Positions 45,171 through 61,465 of a stretch of DNA of 64,000 bases are shown piece after piece. Each line of letters begins with the position of its first letter. The stretch's first letter is position 1. The DNA is taken from NCBI GenBank assembly GCA_964016885.1, contig OZ024743.1, positions 334,800,001 through 334,864,000 of the forward strand, in the 5' to 3' direction. The notes under the pieces were generated by a model. That model searched no databases, was not told the origin of the DNA, and saw only the letters and a program-made list of their open reading frames with translations. A program made the position numbers and the translations under genes. Source of the DNA: Eledone cirrhosa. Taxonomy: Eukaryota.

Positions 45171-46235
45171 TGTTATACTTTGGGAGGGTTATGTTGCCAA
45201 TAAGAAACACACGCACCAGTAGCTTCACTTCAATTTATTATAATAAATTTAGGAATTTATAAATTTATAAATTTCTGGTTGGTTGGTTGGTTCCACAACC
45301 AGATAGTTGTTTATATATTGTCAAAGTTCTTTCGTCACACATTATGTGACCTCTTCATTGATTGGGTATTCTTTTCATTGTTTTTGTGCCTCTCCTTTGT
45401 TCTGTCCTACGCCATTTTGTTTTTGTGTGTGTGTTGTGTGCTCAGTCTGCGCATGCGCCACATCCGGGTGTCTGTGTGTGTTTATATTCGTTTATTTATT
45501 TGTTTATCTACATGTTACCGGTTGGTTGTTTGTTCTATGTACGTGTGTGTTTTCATTTTGTCCTTAATTGTAAGTTGTGATGTTGCTGTTCCACTCATAT
45601 TTTCTATTTAATTTTGGTTGTAATTCTTTTATGTTTATTGCCTCTATGATTTGTCTAAACATTGTGTCTTTTCTGTGTGTAGATTCTATTTTTATTTCTA
45701 TGTTCTCTAATTTAATTTTATGTTCTATTTTAGCATGGTGGTAGAGTACAGATGATTCTTTACTATCTTGACGGTCTCGCCAGTGTTCATTTATCCGTTC
45801 CCCTACACTACGAGCTGTCTCACCTATGTACACTATATTTTTGTCTCTACAGTGTCCTTCAGTACATCTTATGCTATATGCTACATTTCTAGTTTTACAG
45901 TTAATATGGGGGCTTATTTTACAGGTTATACATTTCTTATCTATACAGGGGGATCTTTGAAAAGGGTATGTCTTGCTAATAAGTGTTTTTACGGAGGTAC
46001 CTGGTCTTTCTACTATCTTAATATTGAGTTTATGTTTATCTAGGGCCCTTCTAAATTTATAAGCTAATTCACCTCTAGGGGTTGTATCGATGAACATTAC
46101 ACTCTGGTATTTATTGCTATCATACCATGAGTTTATTCTATTAGCCTTACATGACCCTCCCAAAGTATAACAATATCGGTTTCAACACACGTTCTCAGAT
46201 AAAGAATCTTGCTAAACAAATTCAGAAACGAAATA
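45167..46235 (-). mobile_element. PLE 3' fragment (sister of 4985-7815) with short inverted terminal piece 46148-46235
   Basis: ORF 45564-46146 aligns without gaps to 6781-7363; HHR core mutated (AUGAAGA). Confidence 0.92.
45564..46146 (-). CDS. PLE linker + GIY-YIG endonuclease (partial)
   Basis: [35 protein letters not shown]. Confidence 0.85.
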
Positions 46236-46241
46236 TATATA

Positions 46242-46369
<128 letters not shown>

Positions 46370-46834
46370 CAAGGTTTTGTCGGTTGTAATGTAAGAGTCT
46401 AGTGACATTTAAGGGAGGTAGTAATATTTATTAATCTCAGACTTTTGCAATTAACGTTATTGGCACAACATTATAATTGGAATGCTTTAATATTGATTTT
46501 TGGGAAAACAATCAATACTAACAGTTTCCTTGTGCTGCTCTATAATTAAGTTTCCATTCTTAATAATTGTTTTAAACCCATACGATGTCATTTAATAGAT
46601 CAAATCAGAGTTATGCCTTGATCCAAGCTCTTCAACGGCCTCTCAATATTTCATAACTGAAAGAAAAAAATTCAATTTCTAATTCTGACGACAGAAATGT
46701 ATAGTGCTAGTATCTCTTTTACATATAGAGTTCGAAGTTTATTGTGTGAAATGTATTTCTCTTCTGAAGATCTATGCAAGATTAACAGTACTATCTTCTT
46801 TTAGAAGTGATACTACGATTCCCTGAATTATTTC

Positions 46835-46985
46835 TGAGTTCAAATCTTGCCGAGGTTAGCTTAGCCTTTCATCCTTGAGGAGTATATAACATAAATTTCC
46901 AGTAACGCACTAGGGTGGACTTAATTAACTTTCCCCTCACCTTCAAATTGCTGGCCTTGTGCCAAATGTGAAAACAATTATTATC
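46835..46985 (+). mobile_element. SINE fragment
   Basis: ctgagttcaaatcttgccgagg..gcctttcatcc..gctggccttgtgcc. Similar minus copies at ~52880-52990 and ~14610-14690. Confidence 0.7.
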
Positions 46986-47020
46986 GAACAATAGAAGCGT
47001 ATATAAATTTATCTTTGTAT

Positions 47021-48921
47021 ATCTGTGTATATAAAATAGTTCGTTTGTTTGTCTGTTTGTCTCCTTTGCACTTAAAAACCAGAAGACCAATCATGTTCAA
47101 ACTTTCCATATGAATTCCTCACACCTGGATTTATATTCATTTGTGTATATACCTGTTTGTCAATCAGTGGTCATGTTGGTCGTCGTGTGTTATCGTCTTT
47201 ACAACGACTGAATGTGAGGGAAAATAAAAAAAAATGAAGTGAGAATTTCAGAGAAAGTCATCAGAAGTGAAATTAAAGATGGAACTTAGTGTTCAACACA
47301 GTAGCCGATACGAAAGTTTCAAGCGCACGCTTGCTTCAGTACTGAAGGTCCTTCTCTCTCTCCTGCATGAAAAGAGGTACGACTAAAACAAATGAACGAC
47401 ATGCGATCAATCGACATAAAGCAGCAACACACGTCCGCTCTCTCCTCTAACAGCTGGGGCTCATTTTATCATACATTCTTTATATATGTTGCGTGTGTGT
47501 AGACATGTCATATCTACTTCATATTTATCCCGTTGTAGAGCATCATGTTTGTATTTTAACGTACGCTAAGGGAAGTAAGTAACTCAGAGTAAGTCGTGGT
47601 TGTAGTTGGCGGCGGCGGTGACACTGTTGAAGTCCCACCGTTGCCATGACTTCCAACGTTATTTTTCCAAAACTAAGAACGCTTCTAGATATAAGTTTGA
47701 AAGCACAGTCTCAGCTAGATCCTGTCAACAAAACCTACTTAAGATTAAAATACACAATCCTCCGATATCCGAATGCCTAAATGTCAGCAGAAACGCACTC
47801 GGGAGTCATGACGTGGATCCGACCCGGTCCCCTTAGAGTGAAAGAAGTTAAGGGCCGAAACATTTGCTTAAGGAGGGGTTTCTTCTCTGAATACCTTCTG
47901 CTGCCCAGCCCTCCTGAGAGTTTCTTACCACTACCTTAATATTTTCCCGTATGTGTGTATATATGCCGTATCTTCGTATATAGCTCCATGCGTATATGTG
48001 TGTCAGCCTCTCATTAAATTTGGGGTTCTTTATTTGATTTATAGAAACACTACTAAAAATACCATTTGTGAAACCTGTAACATTTTTTGGCATATTAATC
48101 TCCGTTAGATTTTAGTTGTTGTTTTCGAAAAGTCACTGATAGGTCATGCAGTGAGTCTTCATTCCCCGAAATTTGACTCGATTTAGATCTATCACTAAGC
48201 AGAAAAATTAAAAGTTTTTAGATAAATAATAGAAATATTGGAGGCTGCAAGCAAAATATGCCATCGAAGAATGGACCTTCATTAAGAAGAAAGTCACATA
48301 AAGCTATGATAAACTAGCTACAAAGGGAGTAGCGAGAAGCGAAAAGGAAGGCAAAACAACAACAACAATAATAACAAAAAAATAACAAAGAAGGCGATAT
48401 ATTGACAAAATAAATCAGATGAACAAAGATGATAGGACTAGGAAAACAACTATTTGTAAAGAGGAATTTGATGAAGATTAAACTACAACCATAATCTCGA
48501 GGGAACAGATGATGGGTATAACCTCTGAATCATTTCTTCAAAATAACAGGACACTTTCTTAAAAATACCCAAAAGTACAAAAATGCATTCCAAATGACAT
48601 TATTTGAGGTAAATGTCATCCATGAAAGTGGCTTTATGCCCGCTTTGAAGATCAAAGGGCAAGTATACCGTAGAAGTAGACCACTTCAGCCACTTTCAGA
48701 AGAAGAACCAAAATATTTACAAGTGTATTTCATCAGTTATATTAAAACCCAAGCAGAGACAATATATGAAAAGAAACAAGAAAAGGAATCATATTACTAA
48801 ATACAAGTTATGTTTCATACAAGAAACAGTTATATTAGAAGTTTCAAATATACCACAGAAAAAGTTTTGAATGAAATTTCATTACATCATTAATTCGGAC
48901 AAAGCCGGGTACTTATGCTTG
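47021..48921 (+). mobile_element. Internally deleted Helitron with Rep-region remnant
   Basis: 5' tctgtgtatataaaatagttcgtttgtttgtc. 48560-48800 encodes KYKNAFQMT..GFMPALKIKGQVY..PKYLQVYF. 3' end ggacaaagccgggtac..gcttgt (degenerate CTAG). Boundaries are less certain than the coding remnant. Confidence 0.65.
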
Positions 48922-48936
48922 TATATATATATATAT

Positions 48937-49541
48937 GTCAGGTCACCAGTTGGTGCTACTGGTAAAATGTATCCCAGTACAGCCTGTCTCATGGTCGGGT
49001 CATTGGCGACTAAACTGGCAACCACACCAAGGTTTCTTGGTAAGGAGGGTGACTTTGGACATCCTGCAGGACTAAAAACAAAACCTGTCAAAGGGCAAAG
49101 GAGCTCTTAAGAGTCAATGGCCATCCAGAATCACCGGGAGAGATGACCCCTTAGTCTTTGTCAAGGCAGAATTCTAGGAGAAGGAAAACTCTGATATAAC
49201 ACCTGCAACCCTGATGGTATCCAATGATGTTGACTTGTTCTACTTTTTGGTAAATATCATCTTGGTTAAGAGAGTGGGAATGGCTTTGTGCAGTGCCTTT
49301 GCTCACTATAAAAGCTTCACGGCACAGGCATTGCTTTATATCTGGAGATCTCTCTGCACTTGTCGTCACTTGGTTCCATGGGCCCAGCACTATGTGTCAA
49401 TAGTTGTCACAAGTGTAGTGTGTGTACCAGAGTTTTCAAGTCGCTGGCTGGGCTAAAAAGTCACACTCGTTCAGCGCATCGATAGGGGTTCTCCTACATG
49501 GATATAAAGTAGTGGCCGTTCTCGAAAACGAGTTGGCAGCA

Positions 49542-49546
<5 letters not shown>
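48937..49546 (+). mobile_element. ~610-bp non-autonomous RTE-derived retroposon
   Basis: 5' part has the RTE 5'UTR-like ggagaaggaaaactctga; 3' part encodes a C2H2-like tail ([23 protein letters not shown]) plus a 3' stem-loop; flanked by (AT)n. Confidence 0.7.
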
Positions 49547-49604
<58 letters not shown>

Positions 49605-49873
49605 AGCGTTAACCTAATATATACCTTCCATATACTGTACCGATTGTGTTGTTATTTCTGTTTACATTTTATATATATATATTAAAATAACGTGTTTCGC
49701 TGTTTCCACCCTTAACGGGTTCTTCTGCAACTAGGGTGAAAGCAGTGAAACTATAATTTGTTATCTTAATAAATATTTGCTCTACGGTTTTATATATATT
49801 TATATATACATATTATATATATATGATCTTTATCGAGCCATCTTCAGATTTTAGTCTTCACATTTTTTATTAT

Positions 49874-49927
<54 letters not shown>

Positions 49928-49932
49928 ATATA

Positions 49933-50039
<107 letters not shown>

Positions 50040-50291
50040 CGTTAAGGGTGAAAGCAGCGATTTTTTGCTTAAATTTTAATCTGTTATTTTGTTATTTTAA
50101 TATATATATATATATATATAGGAAAATGTGTAACCACGACGGCAGAGCTCAAGCCGTTTCGACGGCTATTTCTGGACTCGGGGTTCGGCCGTCGGGGTTA
50201 CACTTTTTCCTATTATCCACTCTACTACCCTAAGTATTGAATACTCTGGTGCGTTATGGTCCATCTGGTTCCTTACCACACTTCATGCGCG

Positions 50292-50368
<77 letters not shown>

Positions 50369-50424
50369 TATATAAAATAAAGTTAAATAAAAAGTCAAAT
50401 GTTTAAAATTTAGCTTCGTTTATT

Positions 50425-50479
50425 ACTGCTATATATATTTCAGTGACAGCCATCTTTGGCTGTGATCTCTTCAGGCAGT
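50425..50479 (-). ncRNA. Minimal type-I hammerhead ribozyme
   Basis: Same family as 864-918. Confidence 0.75.
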
Positions 50480-50747
50480 TTGAATTAGTGTGGTATAGAC
50501 AAGTACATATGTTGTTGAGGTGTATAATTTTGTCAATACTCTGATATGACCAGTTCCTGGTTGGGTTGTTATTTCACTGAGAAACTGGAATCATATGAAT
50601 TCAAAGAAACGAATTCGTTTGTTTCAATTCATATGATTCCAGTTCCTCAGTGAAATAACAACCCAACCAGGAACTGGTCATATCAGAGTATTGACAAAAT
50701 TATACACCTCAACAACATATGTACTTGTCTATACCACACTAATTCAA

Positions 50748-50802
50748 ACTGCCTGAAGAGGTCACAGCCAAAGATGGCTGTCACTGAAATATATATAGCA
50801 GT
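50748..50802 (+). ncRNA. Minimal type-I hammerhead ribozyme
   Basis: ACUGC-CUGAAGA-GGUCACAGCCA/UGGCUGUCACU-GAAA-UAUAUA-UA-GCAGU. Confidence 0.85.
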
Positions 50803-50949
50803 AATAAACGAAGCTAAATTTTAAACATTTGACTTTTTATTTAACTTTATTTTACATTACTCCGGAATAACCAAACCAACCTGCACACTTCGTCGAGTGC
50901 TCCAGCCTGCATACTGGGGTGTTGGTATACAACCAACATATACTCAAAA

Positions 50950-50999
<50 letters not shown>

Positions 51000-51978
51000 T
51001 AGAGAGAGATACAGAGCCATACTTTCTATATCAGTCGTCTTCAACTCGCAGGTCATGTTATGTGGAGCAACCTGCTACAAAATGTTTACTGTGGAAGCCC
51101 ACTAATGTGAAACGCAAATGTAGAAGACCTCTCAAGAGATAAAAGAGTGCCAGAATTATCCGGTGAAGAACTAAGGCAATTAATGTTGTATCGTCTGAGA
51201 TGGAAAGGTTTTTTTCATGTCAGCACAATGAAGTGGATGAATTTTGTTTTTATCTACAGTTCATTTTCCGATGGCCCCTTTCTCTTTTAAAACAACAAGG
51301 TATGATTTGTATATCTGGCGTTTGCATCCATAAACACGTAGTGTCTACCTGGCTGGCAATATCAATGGATGTAATGGTTCGTACGTAATTAATTGATTAG
51401 GTATCAATGTTTGTATAGTCATATTTTGTAGGAAAATGTTTATTATTACAAATCTGTCTAGAGTGATTTCTGAACATATCAGTCAGGAAAGTATCCAGCA
51501 CTTTATTAAATTTTACTGCCATTTTAGTAGATAGTTATCTGAGATTATCTTCTTTGAGACACCGGTGACTAACTTTATGGTGACTACTTACTGGTGTTCT
51601 TCAAAGACGTTAGCTGATAAAATGCAACAAGGATACATTGCTCTAGTTAAATTGCAATAATTATGGCAATAACTAGAGAAGTTCGCTGGAAATGTTTATC
51701 GCATCAGAAATGTTCACAGCTATCGATTCTGCTGATATATATATATATATATATATTCAGGTAAAAAGTAAACAGAAATGAAAGAAATCAAACGACACAG
51801 TATATTGAAGATATACTAGTTTGACGCTTGAAATAGCAGGAAAGGAGTCTTAATGTCTCGGACACTAGTCCTTCATCAGAAGATAGTGTTGGAAATAAAA
51901 GAAAAATAGAAAAATATAGAATGAGGAGAGGAAGTAACGGGGAAAAATGAGACAAAAGTGGGGAAAAACAAAAGTGTG

Positions 51979-52013
<35 letters not shown>

Positions 52014-52059
52014 GGAGGTGAGTTTTATTGTAGTACAATAAAGCAATGCAGATATCGGA

Positions 52060-52228
52060 TAAGAAGATATGTTGATTTAAAACTGCACTATCCACAAGTG
52101 TTTTTTAGCCTTCATATCATGTTCTCCTGTTTTATCTGATGAAAACACAAATATTATTGCATGATGATGTTTGTTTTTGAAATGCGCATAATAAAATACA
52201 TGGAACTCCTTTAACCATCTTTTGATCT

Positions 52229-52232
<4 letters not shown>
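52060..52232 (+). mobile_element. PLE 3' terminus fragment
   Basis: Near-identical reverse complement of 57155-57323. Confidence 0.8.
52130..52196 (+). ncRNA. Minimal type-I hammerhead ribozyme
   Basis: UUUUAU-CUGAUGA-long stem II-GAAA-UGCGCA-UA-AUAAAA; palindromic AUGCGCAU. Confidence 0.8.
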
Positions 52233-52268
<36 letters not shown>

Positions 52269-55200
52269 GTGGGTATGTGTATGTTTATATTTATATAAAC
52301 ACGCACGCATATATACACACTTAAAGTCAAGTGTATGTGTGATATTTGTGGTTGAGTGTTTTTCATATGAACTGAATACATGAAAGAGGACCTTTATTCG
52401 TTCATCCGACCGTTTATGTTTTGCTTTAGACCAGCGATTCTGAACCTTTTCTTATCTTTGGACACTTTTGATTCCTATTTTACTCTCGTCGACACCCAAT
52501 TCCCGCATAAGTTTCTGTTATGATTTCCTTAGAGAGAGAAAGGCATCACAGAAGATTGCGGGAAAGGGCTCTTACAAGGGATAATATTAACGAACAGGAA
52601 ACCTAACCTGAATGTTTACAACATAGTAGTCTTTACTACAAGTCATTATGCTAAACTTAGTGACAGATTGAATTTCAAAATGTAATTTAGTTACCACTGT
52701 TCATTTTCATAATAGTGTTTGCCGTATCTGAGCAGCTACTATGGGATGAGTATATTCAATATTTTTATTCTATGGAACAATAGCCTTTTTCTTCTATGGT
52801 ACAATAGTGGTTTCTAGTTTAAACACAAAACCAGCAAATGTGTGGGAAGGGAATTAGTTAAATTGACAGTTGCTTTGTTTTAACGACCTCGTAAGGATGA
52901 AAGGCAAAGCTAACCTCAGCAGGATTTGAACTCAGTACATATAGGGACGTAACTATATCTGCAAAAAATGTTGTCCGACGCTCCAATCCCTTACACATAT
53001 AATAGACATATCTTTCACTGCTTTTCCCCGAGATGGGAACAGTTGAAAACAGATTCCCTTCCCATGTTTTATCTACAGGTAGCATTCTAATAAATGTCAA
53101 ATGGAACATAAATCCAATCTTGATCACGAGTATCAGAAACTAATATAGTTATTTACATTCCTTCTTTATGTAGAACTAAATATTTTTTTAATAATCACGA
53201 AAGAGCATAACATTCCTGGTTTACACCAGATGCTAAATACTGTTGTGTTGAGATAGAATAAGATTCATGAAGAAATCTTAAATGAAATTTCTGACTGTCT
53301 AAAAAGAGATTAATTATATAAATAAAAAAAAGAGAACCATTTCTATAAGGGCTGTATGAGTTAAATAATTTTTAACTTGAATCTGCCATTTTAATCATCC
53401 TTTATCAGTTTATGTGGGGTTTTATATATAGAAGAATATTCAAATCAATTAATAACGGTAAAGATTCAGTCCTCTTCGTGTTGCTGGTGGACAAGATATA
53501 GGTTAGTCAGTCAATCAGACAGTCGATCTCTAATGAAACTCAAGCGGGCGCAAAAACACACAGAGATGGAATTTTTAGTCTATTATAGAATACTAAGGAT
53601 CACAAGATAATTCGACGCTCTGTGCCGATATATGCAAATTATTCTAACAGTTCATAACTTTTATGCTGTGAGGTAAATGAGAAACCTATAGTTTCATCCA
53701 AATTTTTTCAAAGAAAACCTGTTACATATGAGGTGAACGTCAAGCTTGAAGACAGCTATTTATGCCAGCAAAAATTTACCTCATCAATCATCTTGGATTT
53801 CTCAGAAACACTATACATGTGTAATTAATTATGATAGATTATACATAGTCAAGGTTTGTCCTGATCGAATATGTCTATTACATTGTGGCCTTCTAGTCGT
53901 AACCATCTATATATTTTTCAGAGAGTTTATCAAGTTCTATGTGGTTTTTACTTTACTGCGATAGAATGGTGAGATTTGAAGGAAATTTGCTGTTATATTG
54001 ATGAGGTCTAGGGACTGAGTAAAGGTTCCCTTGTTTTAATGCAGTGGTTGTTATGGTAGTAGGGGTTATCCAGTAATTAGATATGTTCAATGTTCCCCAT
54101 GATCAATGGTTTCCTAGCCGACTCTATATCCTATTTTATCCTAACAAAGATTACCTAAAACTGAATTACACGCTTCTTTGAAGATAGTAAAGGACAATTT
54201 CAGGCTGATTTGAATATTGGTTTTTTTTTTTGGGGGGGGGGGGGTTTCTGTAGCCGACGTTTATCCTTGAACAAGTAGACATATAATCAAAATATATTGT
54301 GTCGTGACTGTCGTTTATTCAGACATAATTATTTTAAACTTTGGCCCAAGAAACAATACATATATATATGGCTTAATTTGATACATTCTACATTTGATAA
54401 ATATATATAACCGAATTAATAAATATATAAGTATATGTGCTGCGGAAAAAAAGAAAAGAAACAATGCAATTTCTAACACGATAGATTTGTTACCCAGACA
54501 AGCTATTGTCATTCTATCACGCTCCTTTCTCTCTGTCTCTGTCTCCATGACTATGTTGAGTATATTTATACGACACCGTGCAAAGGTTGTCGAGAGATAT
54601 ATCGATCGATTAGCTGGTTGGTTGATTAATATATAGAAAAACAGATAAATAAATAGATAAGTTAGGGGTGATGCAATATTTCTGTTTCTATTTTATTTTA
54701 TATTCTAAAAATGTTGACGGGAGCTGCATCATAACTTCTGTTGCATCGTGTTGGAGCTTAATGCAAAGATGACTCAGAACCACTGATTTCGAGAGATTCA
54801 CGGATAGAACACTTACACAGATATTCATTGATAAACATCTTACATATATACTGATATTTGTGCATTTATATACATGTGAGGGTGCGTCTGTATGTATGCA
54901 TGTATGTGTATCCTCAATTTTTCATCGAGCCACTCAAATCCCGAACAATAATATTCGATTCGATATTGCTTATCAAATTGAATGGTCATGGTCAAGAATA
55001 ATATCTTTTTCTATGGACAGAGTGCAACATTTCTAGAACATATAACGCAAGCTAATACATCAACACAAATAATAAATGACTCAGGAATGAAAAAGAACTA
55101 ACTTCTGTCTGTCTTCTCGTCCTGAGAGCATTGTACGAACACGAGCAGAGGTAAACTTTATTTACACAGAGTAGATGGTTTTTCTCTGCATCTCGTTTAT

Positions 55201-55314
55201 TAAGCTTGGTCAATACACATAAAGAATGGAATACACACAGACACACACATACACACACATACACACACCGACACGCACAGACACGCACAGACACACACAG
55301 ACACGCACACGCAG

Positions 55315-55372
<58 letters not shown>

Positions 55373-55479
55373 CAATATATGTGTGTGTATGTAAATGCAT
55401 ATGTGCATCTATAACTGTGTATATGTGTTTATGTAAGTTGTGCGTCAACTATGTGCCGACATATGTATATATATATATG

Positions 55480-56240
<761 letters not shown>

Positions 56241-56304
56241 TGTATATATATCTATGTATGTATGTATGTATGTATGTATGTATGTATGTATGTATGTATG
56301 TATG

Positions 56305-56740
56305 TGCCTCCACTGGCAGCACGACCCCTCCCCCCCAACTATAACAATATATATATACATATATTGAGAAATAGAAGCCCTCACCATACGCCCCACCAAA
56401 CATTAGCTGATAGAGGGGTTTATATGCACATGCACATGTTGGTTTTCGTTCCTTTTGTTACACATTTCAAGTTGTTTGGTTTAATAACCAGATGGTTGTT
56501 TATTCATTGTCAAAGCTATTTCGTCACACATTCTGTGACCTACTCAGTGGCTAATTTCTTATTTTGCATCTCTCTTTTGTTCTGTCCTACTCCATTTTGT
56601 TCTCTGGAAATGTGTGATGGGTTGACGTGAAATCCACCGGGTGTGTGTGTTTTTGTTGGCAGCGTGATCCTACCGGAGGATAACAATATGTTTCAACACA
56701 CGTTTTCACATAATAAATCTCTCAAACCAATTTGCAAAAG
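56305..56740 (-). mobile_element. Diverged, rearranged PLE terminal region (relative of the 7400-7815 family)
   Basis: tgtcaaagctatttcgtcacacattctgtgacctactcagt is a degenerate HHR; ttgttctgtcctac..ccattttg is shared with that family. Confidence 0.6.
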
Positions 56741-57192
56741 GAAGTATATATATGTGTATAAACGAAGTGTGTGTGTGTATATAAATATATATACAAACGA
56801 AGTGTGTGTGCACGTACATATATATATATATAAAAATATATATATGTGTATATATGTATGTGTATATATATATAAATATATATATATATATAAATATATA
56901 TGTGTGTATATATATGTGTATATAATGTATGTGTATATATATGTGTGTGTGTATTTATATGTGTGTATAAATGTATGTGTGTATATATATGTGTGTATAT
57001 ATGTATGTGTATATATATATGTGTATATATATGTATGTATATATGTATGCGTGTATGTGTATATATATATGTGTATATATGTATATATATATGTATATGT
57101 GTATATATATATGTGTGTATATATATATATATGTATATATATATATGTGTATATAATATAAGATCAAAAGATGGTTAAAGGAGTTCCATGTA

Positions 57193-57259
57193 TTTTATTA
57201 TGCGCATTTCAAAAACAAACATCATCATGCAATAATATTTGTGTTTTCATCAGATAAAA
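57193..57259 (-). ncRNA. Minimal type-I hammerhead ribozyme
   Basis: Same sequence as 52130-52196. Confidence 0.8.
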
Positions 57260-58254
57260 CAGGAGAACATGATATGAAGGCTAAAATAATACTTGTGGAT
57301 AGTGCAGTTTTAAATCAACATATGAAAAGTGGTTTTAGATTGATGTGTGATATTGGGAAAAAATATTTTATTTAGAGAGGGGGGGGGGGTTGCAAAGGAT
57401 GAAAAGGGAAGGAGATGAGAGGGAGAGATGGGTGATAGAGAGAAAGAGATAGTTTTTATAACTGAGAGGAGATATATTTTTTACATAGAGAGGTTGAAAA
57501 CCGTTGGAAGATACTGTATAAATTAAAAATTTTGAAAATTAACGAAGGGAGGATATGTGCGAGGAAAAAATATTTTATTTAGGGAGGGGGGGATGAAAAA
57601 AAGGGGGAGGAGATGAGAGTGAAGGTGGAGAGGGAGAGATGGGTGATAGAGAGAAAGAGATAGTTTTTATAACTGAGAAAAAGATATATTGTTTTAACAT
57701 AGAGAGGTTGGGAACCGTTGGAAGATAATGTATAAATTAAAGGAATTTGAAAATTAACGAAGGGAAATTATGTATGAAGATAGAGAGAAAAAAATAATAA
57801 TTGTGGATGAATATTCTAACGTCAAAAAAAGAAATGTATATATTGTGGCAATTTCAAAATTAACGAAGAGAAAAATTATTAAGGTTTGTGTGTAGAAGGA
57901 TTTGAGAAAAATAATGTGAAGTTAAAGTTTGTATATTGGTTGAATTGATAATATATGCGAATAAAGAGTTAATATGTATTAATAATGAGTTCGTTGATGG
58001 GGAGAAAAAAATAATAAATTAAGGATGAAATTGAGATTAAAAAGATTTATGATAGAGAGAAAAAATAATAATGATTGCGGATGAATATTGTATATGTTAT
58101 GATTTTACAAGGTGAAGATAGAATGAGGGTAATGAGTAAACAAGTATTATAGAGTGTATAATGCCCTTTAAAGTAAGGTAGATGGGTATATTTTAAAGAG
58201 GTGTATGTATATGTGCCTTTGAGAAAAGATTCTAAATTGATAAAGAATTGAATA

Positions 58255-59425
58255 TTAACTGTATACTTTGTGAAAAGTTCTATGGAATTTATGCAGGCAG
58301 ATAGAAAACAAATCTGTGCGTCTATTTATTATAGAATCTAGGTTAGAGATAATGGTAAATTTTTCATTTAGGCAGAGATTACAGATTTTAGATAGAGAGC
58401 TGTTCAAGTATGAGGATACAGAAGAAATCTTCTTCCAAAAGATGGTATATTTAATGTTTTTGTCTTTTAAGGACCATATGAGTTCTGAGAGAGCAGTGTT
58501 AGTTCTTTTAAGTTTGTATTTGAAAGATGAATGATGATTATAGAGACGAGCTTTAAAAGAGGTGGAAGTGGAGCCAAAATAGGTGAAGGAATTGGTGCTA
58601 GTTATAATTTTACATTCATAAATTAAGTTTTTATCGAGACAATGGTTGTTGAGAGGACATTTATTTTTAATGCGGCAGTTGCAATTAGAGAGATTATTAA
58701 TGAGTGATCTAGTGTTATCTATAGAAGGAATTGGATTGGAGAAGTTGTTGGCGATAGGAATAATAGGAATAATAGTTTCTTGATTTAGAGTTGGATTATG
58801 AACATTTAGCGAAGTTGTGTTTGACGTTGTATTTGGGTTTACAGAAGTTAGCCTAGGGTTTACAATGACGTCGGGAGTATTATTACTGTTATTATGAAAT
58901 TCAATATTGGAAGGAAGAGATTTAGTATTTAGTATTTTATTGTTGTGTTTAGAGATGATGTTGGAAATATTGGAGGATGTTAAATACGAAAATTTGATGG
59001 TGTGTTTGTTAAATATTTTACTATAGATATGTGAGGGAGGGAAGCATTTATTTAAGGCACTAAAGAATAATTTAAGAATATTGTTATTAATAGAGATGGA
59101 GAAAGGAGCATTATACCAGATTATGTTTTTGTATCTAGGTCTTTTATTAAAATTATTGGAATGGTCACGATTAATTATTCTACTGTAAGTTTTTCTAGAA
59201 TTTGTTTCTTTACTATATTTGATTTTATCTGGATAGCCGGCTTTAGAAAGTGCGTTATTATAGTAATTGGCGTTAGCATCAAAGATGTTTTTATTAGAAG
59301 ATATGTTAGATATTCTATTTCCAATATTATTAACTATAGCATTCTTGATATTGGTAGGATGGTTAGATATAAAGTTAACATAATTAAGGTTCTCATTGTT
59401 TTTATGGTAAGGGTAATATAGGCCA
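58255..59425 (-). CDS. PLE ORF C-terminal half with GIY-YIG endonuclease (uninterrupted)
   Basis: Non-microsatellite part of ORF 58255-59601. Confidence 0.85.
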
Positions 59426-59501
59426 GTATATATACCATATATGTGTATATATGTATATATATATATATATGTGTGTATATGTATATGTGTATATATATGT
59501 G

Positions 59502-59590
<89 letters not shown>

Positions 59591-59592
<2 letters not shown>

Positions 59593-59958
59593 CAACATCA
59601 TTGGATACCATCAGGGTTGCAGGTGTTATATCAGAGTTTTCGTTATCCTAGAATTCTTTTTGGTAAATATCATCTTGGTTAAGAGAGTGGGACTGGCTTT
59701 GTGCAGTGCCTTTGCTCTCTATAAAAGCTTCTCAGCACAGGCATTGCTTTATATATGGAGATCTCTCTGCACTTGTCGTCACATGGTACCATGGACCCAG
59801 CACTATGTGTCAATAATTGTCGCAAGTGTAGTGTTTGTACCAGAGTTTTCAAGTCGCTGGCTGGACTAAAAAGTCACACTCGTTCAGCGCATCGGTAGGG
59901 GTTCTCCTACGTGGATATAAAGTATTGGCCGTACTCGAAAACGAGTTGGCAGCACCAT
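59591..59958 (+). mobile_element. Truncated non-autonomous RTE retroposon with small 5' inversion
   Basis: 59591-59656 is inverted relative to 48937-49546; the remainder is colinear. Confidence 0.7.
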
Positions 59959-60265
59959 ATATGTGTATATATATATGTGTGTATATATATATGTGTGTAT
60001 ATATATATATATGTGTATATATATAAGTGTGTATATATATATATATATGTGTGTGTATATATATATATGTATATATATGTGTGTATATATATGTGTGTGT
60101 ATATATATATGTGTGTATATATATATATGTATGTGTGTATATATATATATGTGTATATAAATATATGTGTATATAAATGTCTGTATATATATATATATGT
60201 GTATATATATATATATGTGTATATATATATATGTGTATATATATAGGTGTATATATATATGTGTA

Positions 60266-60354
<89 letters not shown>

Positions 60355-60658
60355 ATATACGGGGGAAAGTAAAAAATCGGAGAATAGTCCGTTAAAACAT
60401 GTTTATTTAAAATATCACCTACGTACGTTACGCCCAGTTGGGCTTCTCAAGGGCATAAATAATCACAAGTGTTCCTTATATTGCTCGGAAAGAGTTTTTG
60501 GGGTTAAATCCACATCAAGTTTCATTGCTCGCAAAAATATCTTGTTTTGATTTTGCAGCAGGTCAATATATATGTGTATATATATATGTGTATATATATA
60601 TGTGTATATATATATGTGTATATATATATGTGTATATATATATATGTGTGTGTATATA

Positions 60659-60691
<33 letters not shown>

Positions 60692-60875
60692 GTGTGTATA
60701 TATATATATATATGTGTATATATATATATGTGTGTATATATATATGTGTGTATATATATATGTGTGTATATATATATATGTGTGTATATATATATATATG
60801 TGTGTGTATATATATGTATGTATATATATGTGTGTGTATATATATATATATGTGTGCGTGTATATATATGTGTAT

Positions 60876-61447
<572 letters not shown>

Positions 61448-61465
61448 ATGTATGTATACATATAT

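Larger units (their letters stand above)
50385..50950. mobile_element. PLE terminus as near-perfect palindrome (~230-bp arms)
   Basis: Centre gaattc at ~50611-50616; HHR in each arm. Confidence 0.85.
57155..59425 (-). mobile_element. Penelope-like element, 5'-truncated (RT thumb, linker, GIY-YIG, long 3' region with HHR)
   Basis: ORF 58255-59420: [70 protein letters not shown]. Confidence 0.9.

Noticed and set aside
45564-46146. APOBEC-like G>A hypermutation of this copy as the explanation for the A/G skew
   Set aside because: The outgroup at 42720-42775 shares the A states, this copy has no TGG-to-stop changes, and conserved Tyr codons are lost in the other copy.
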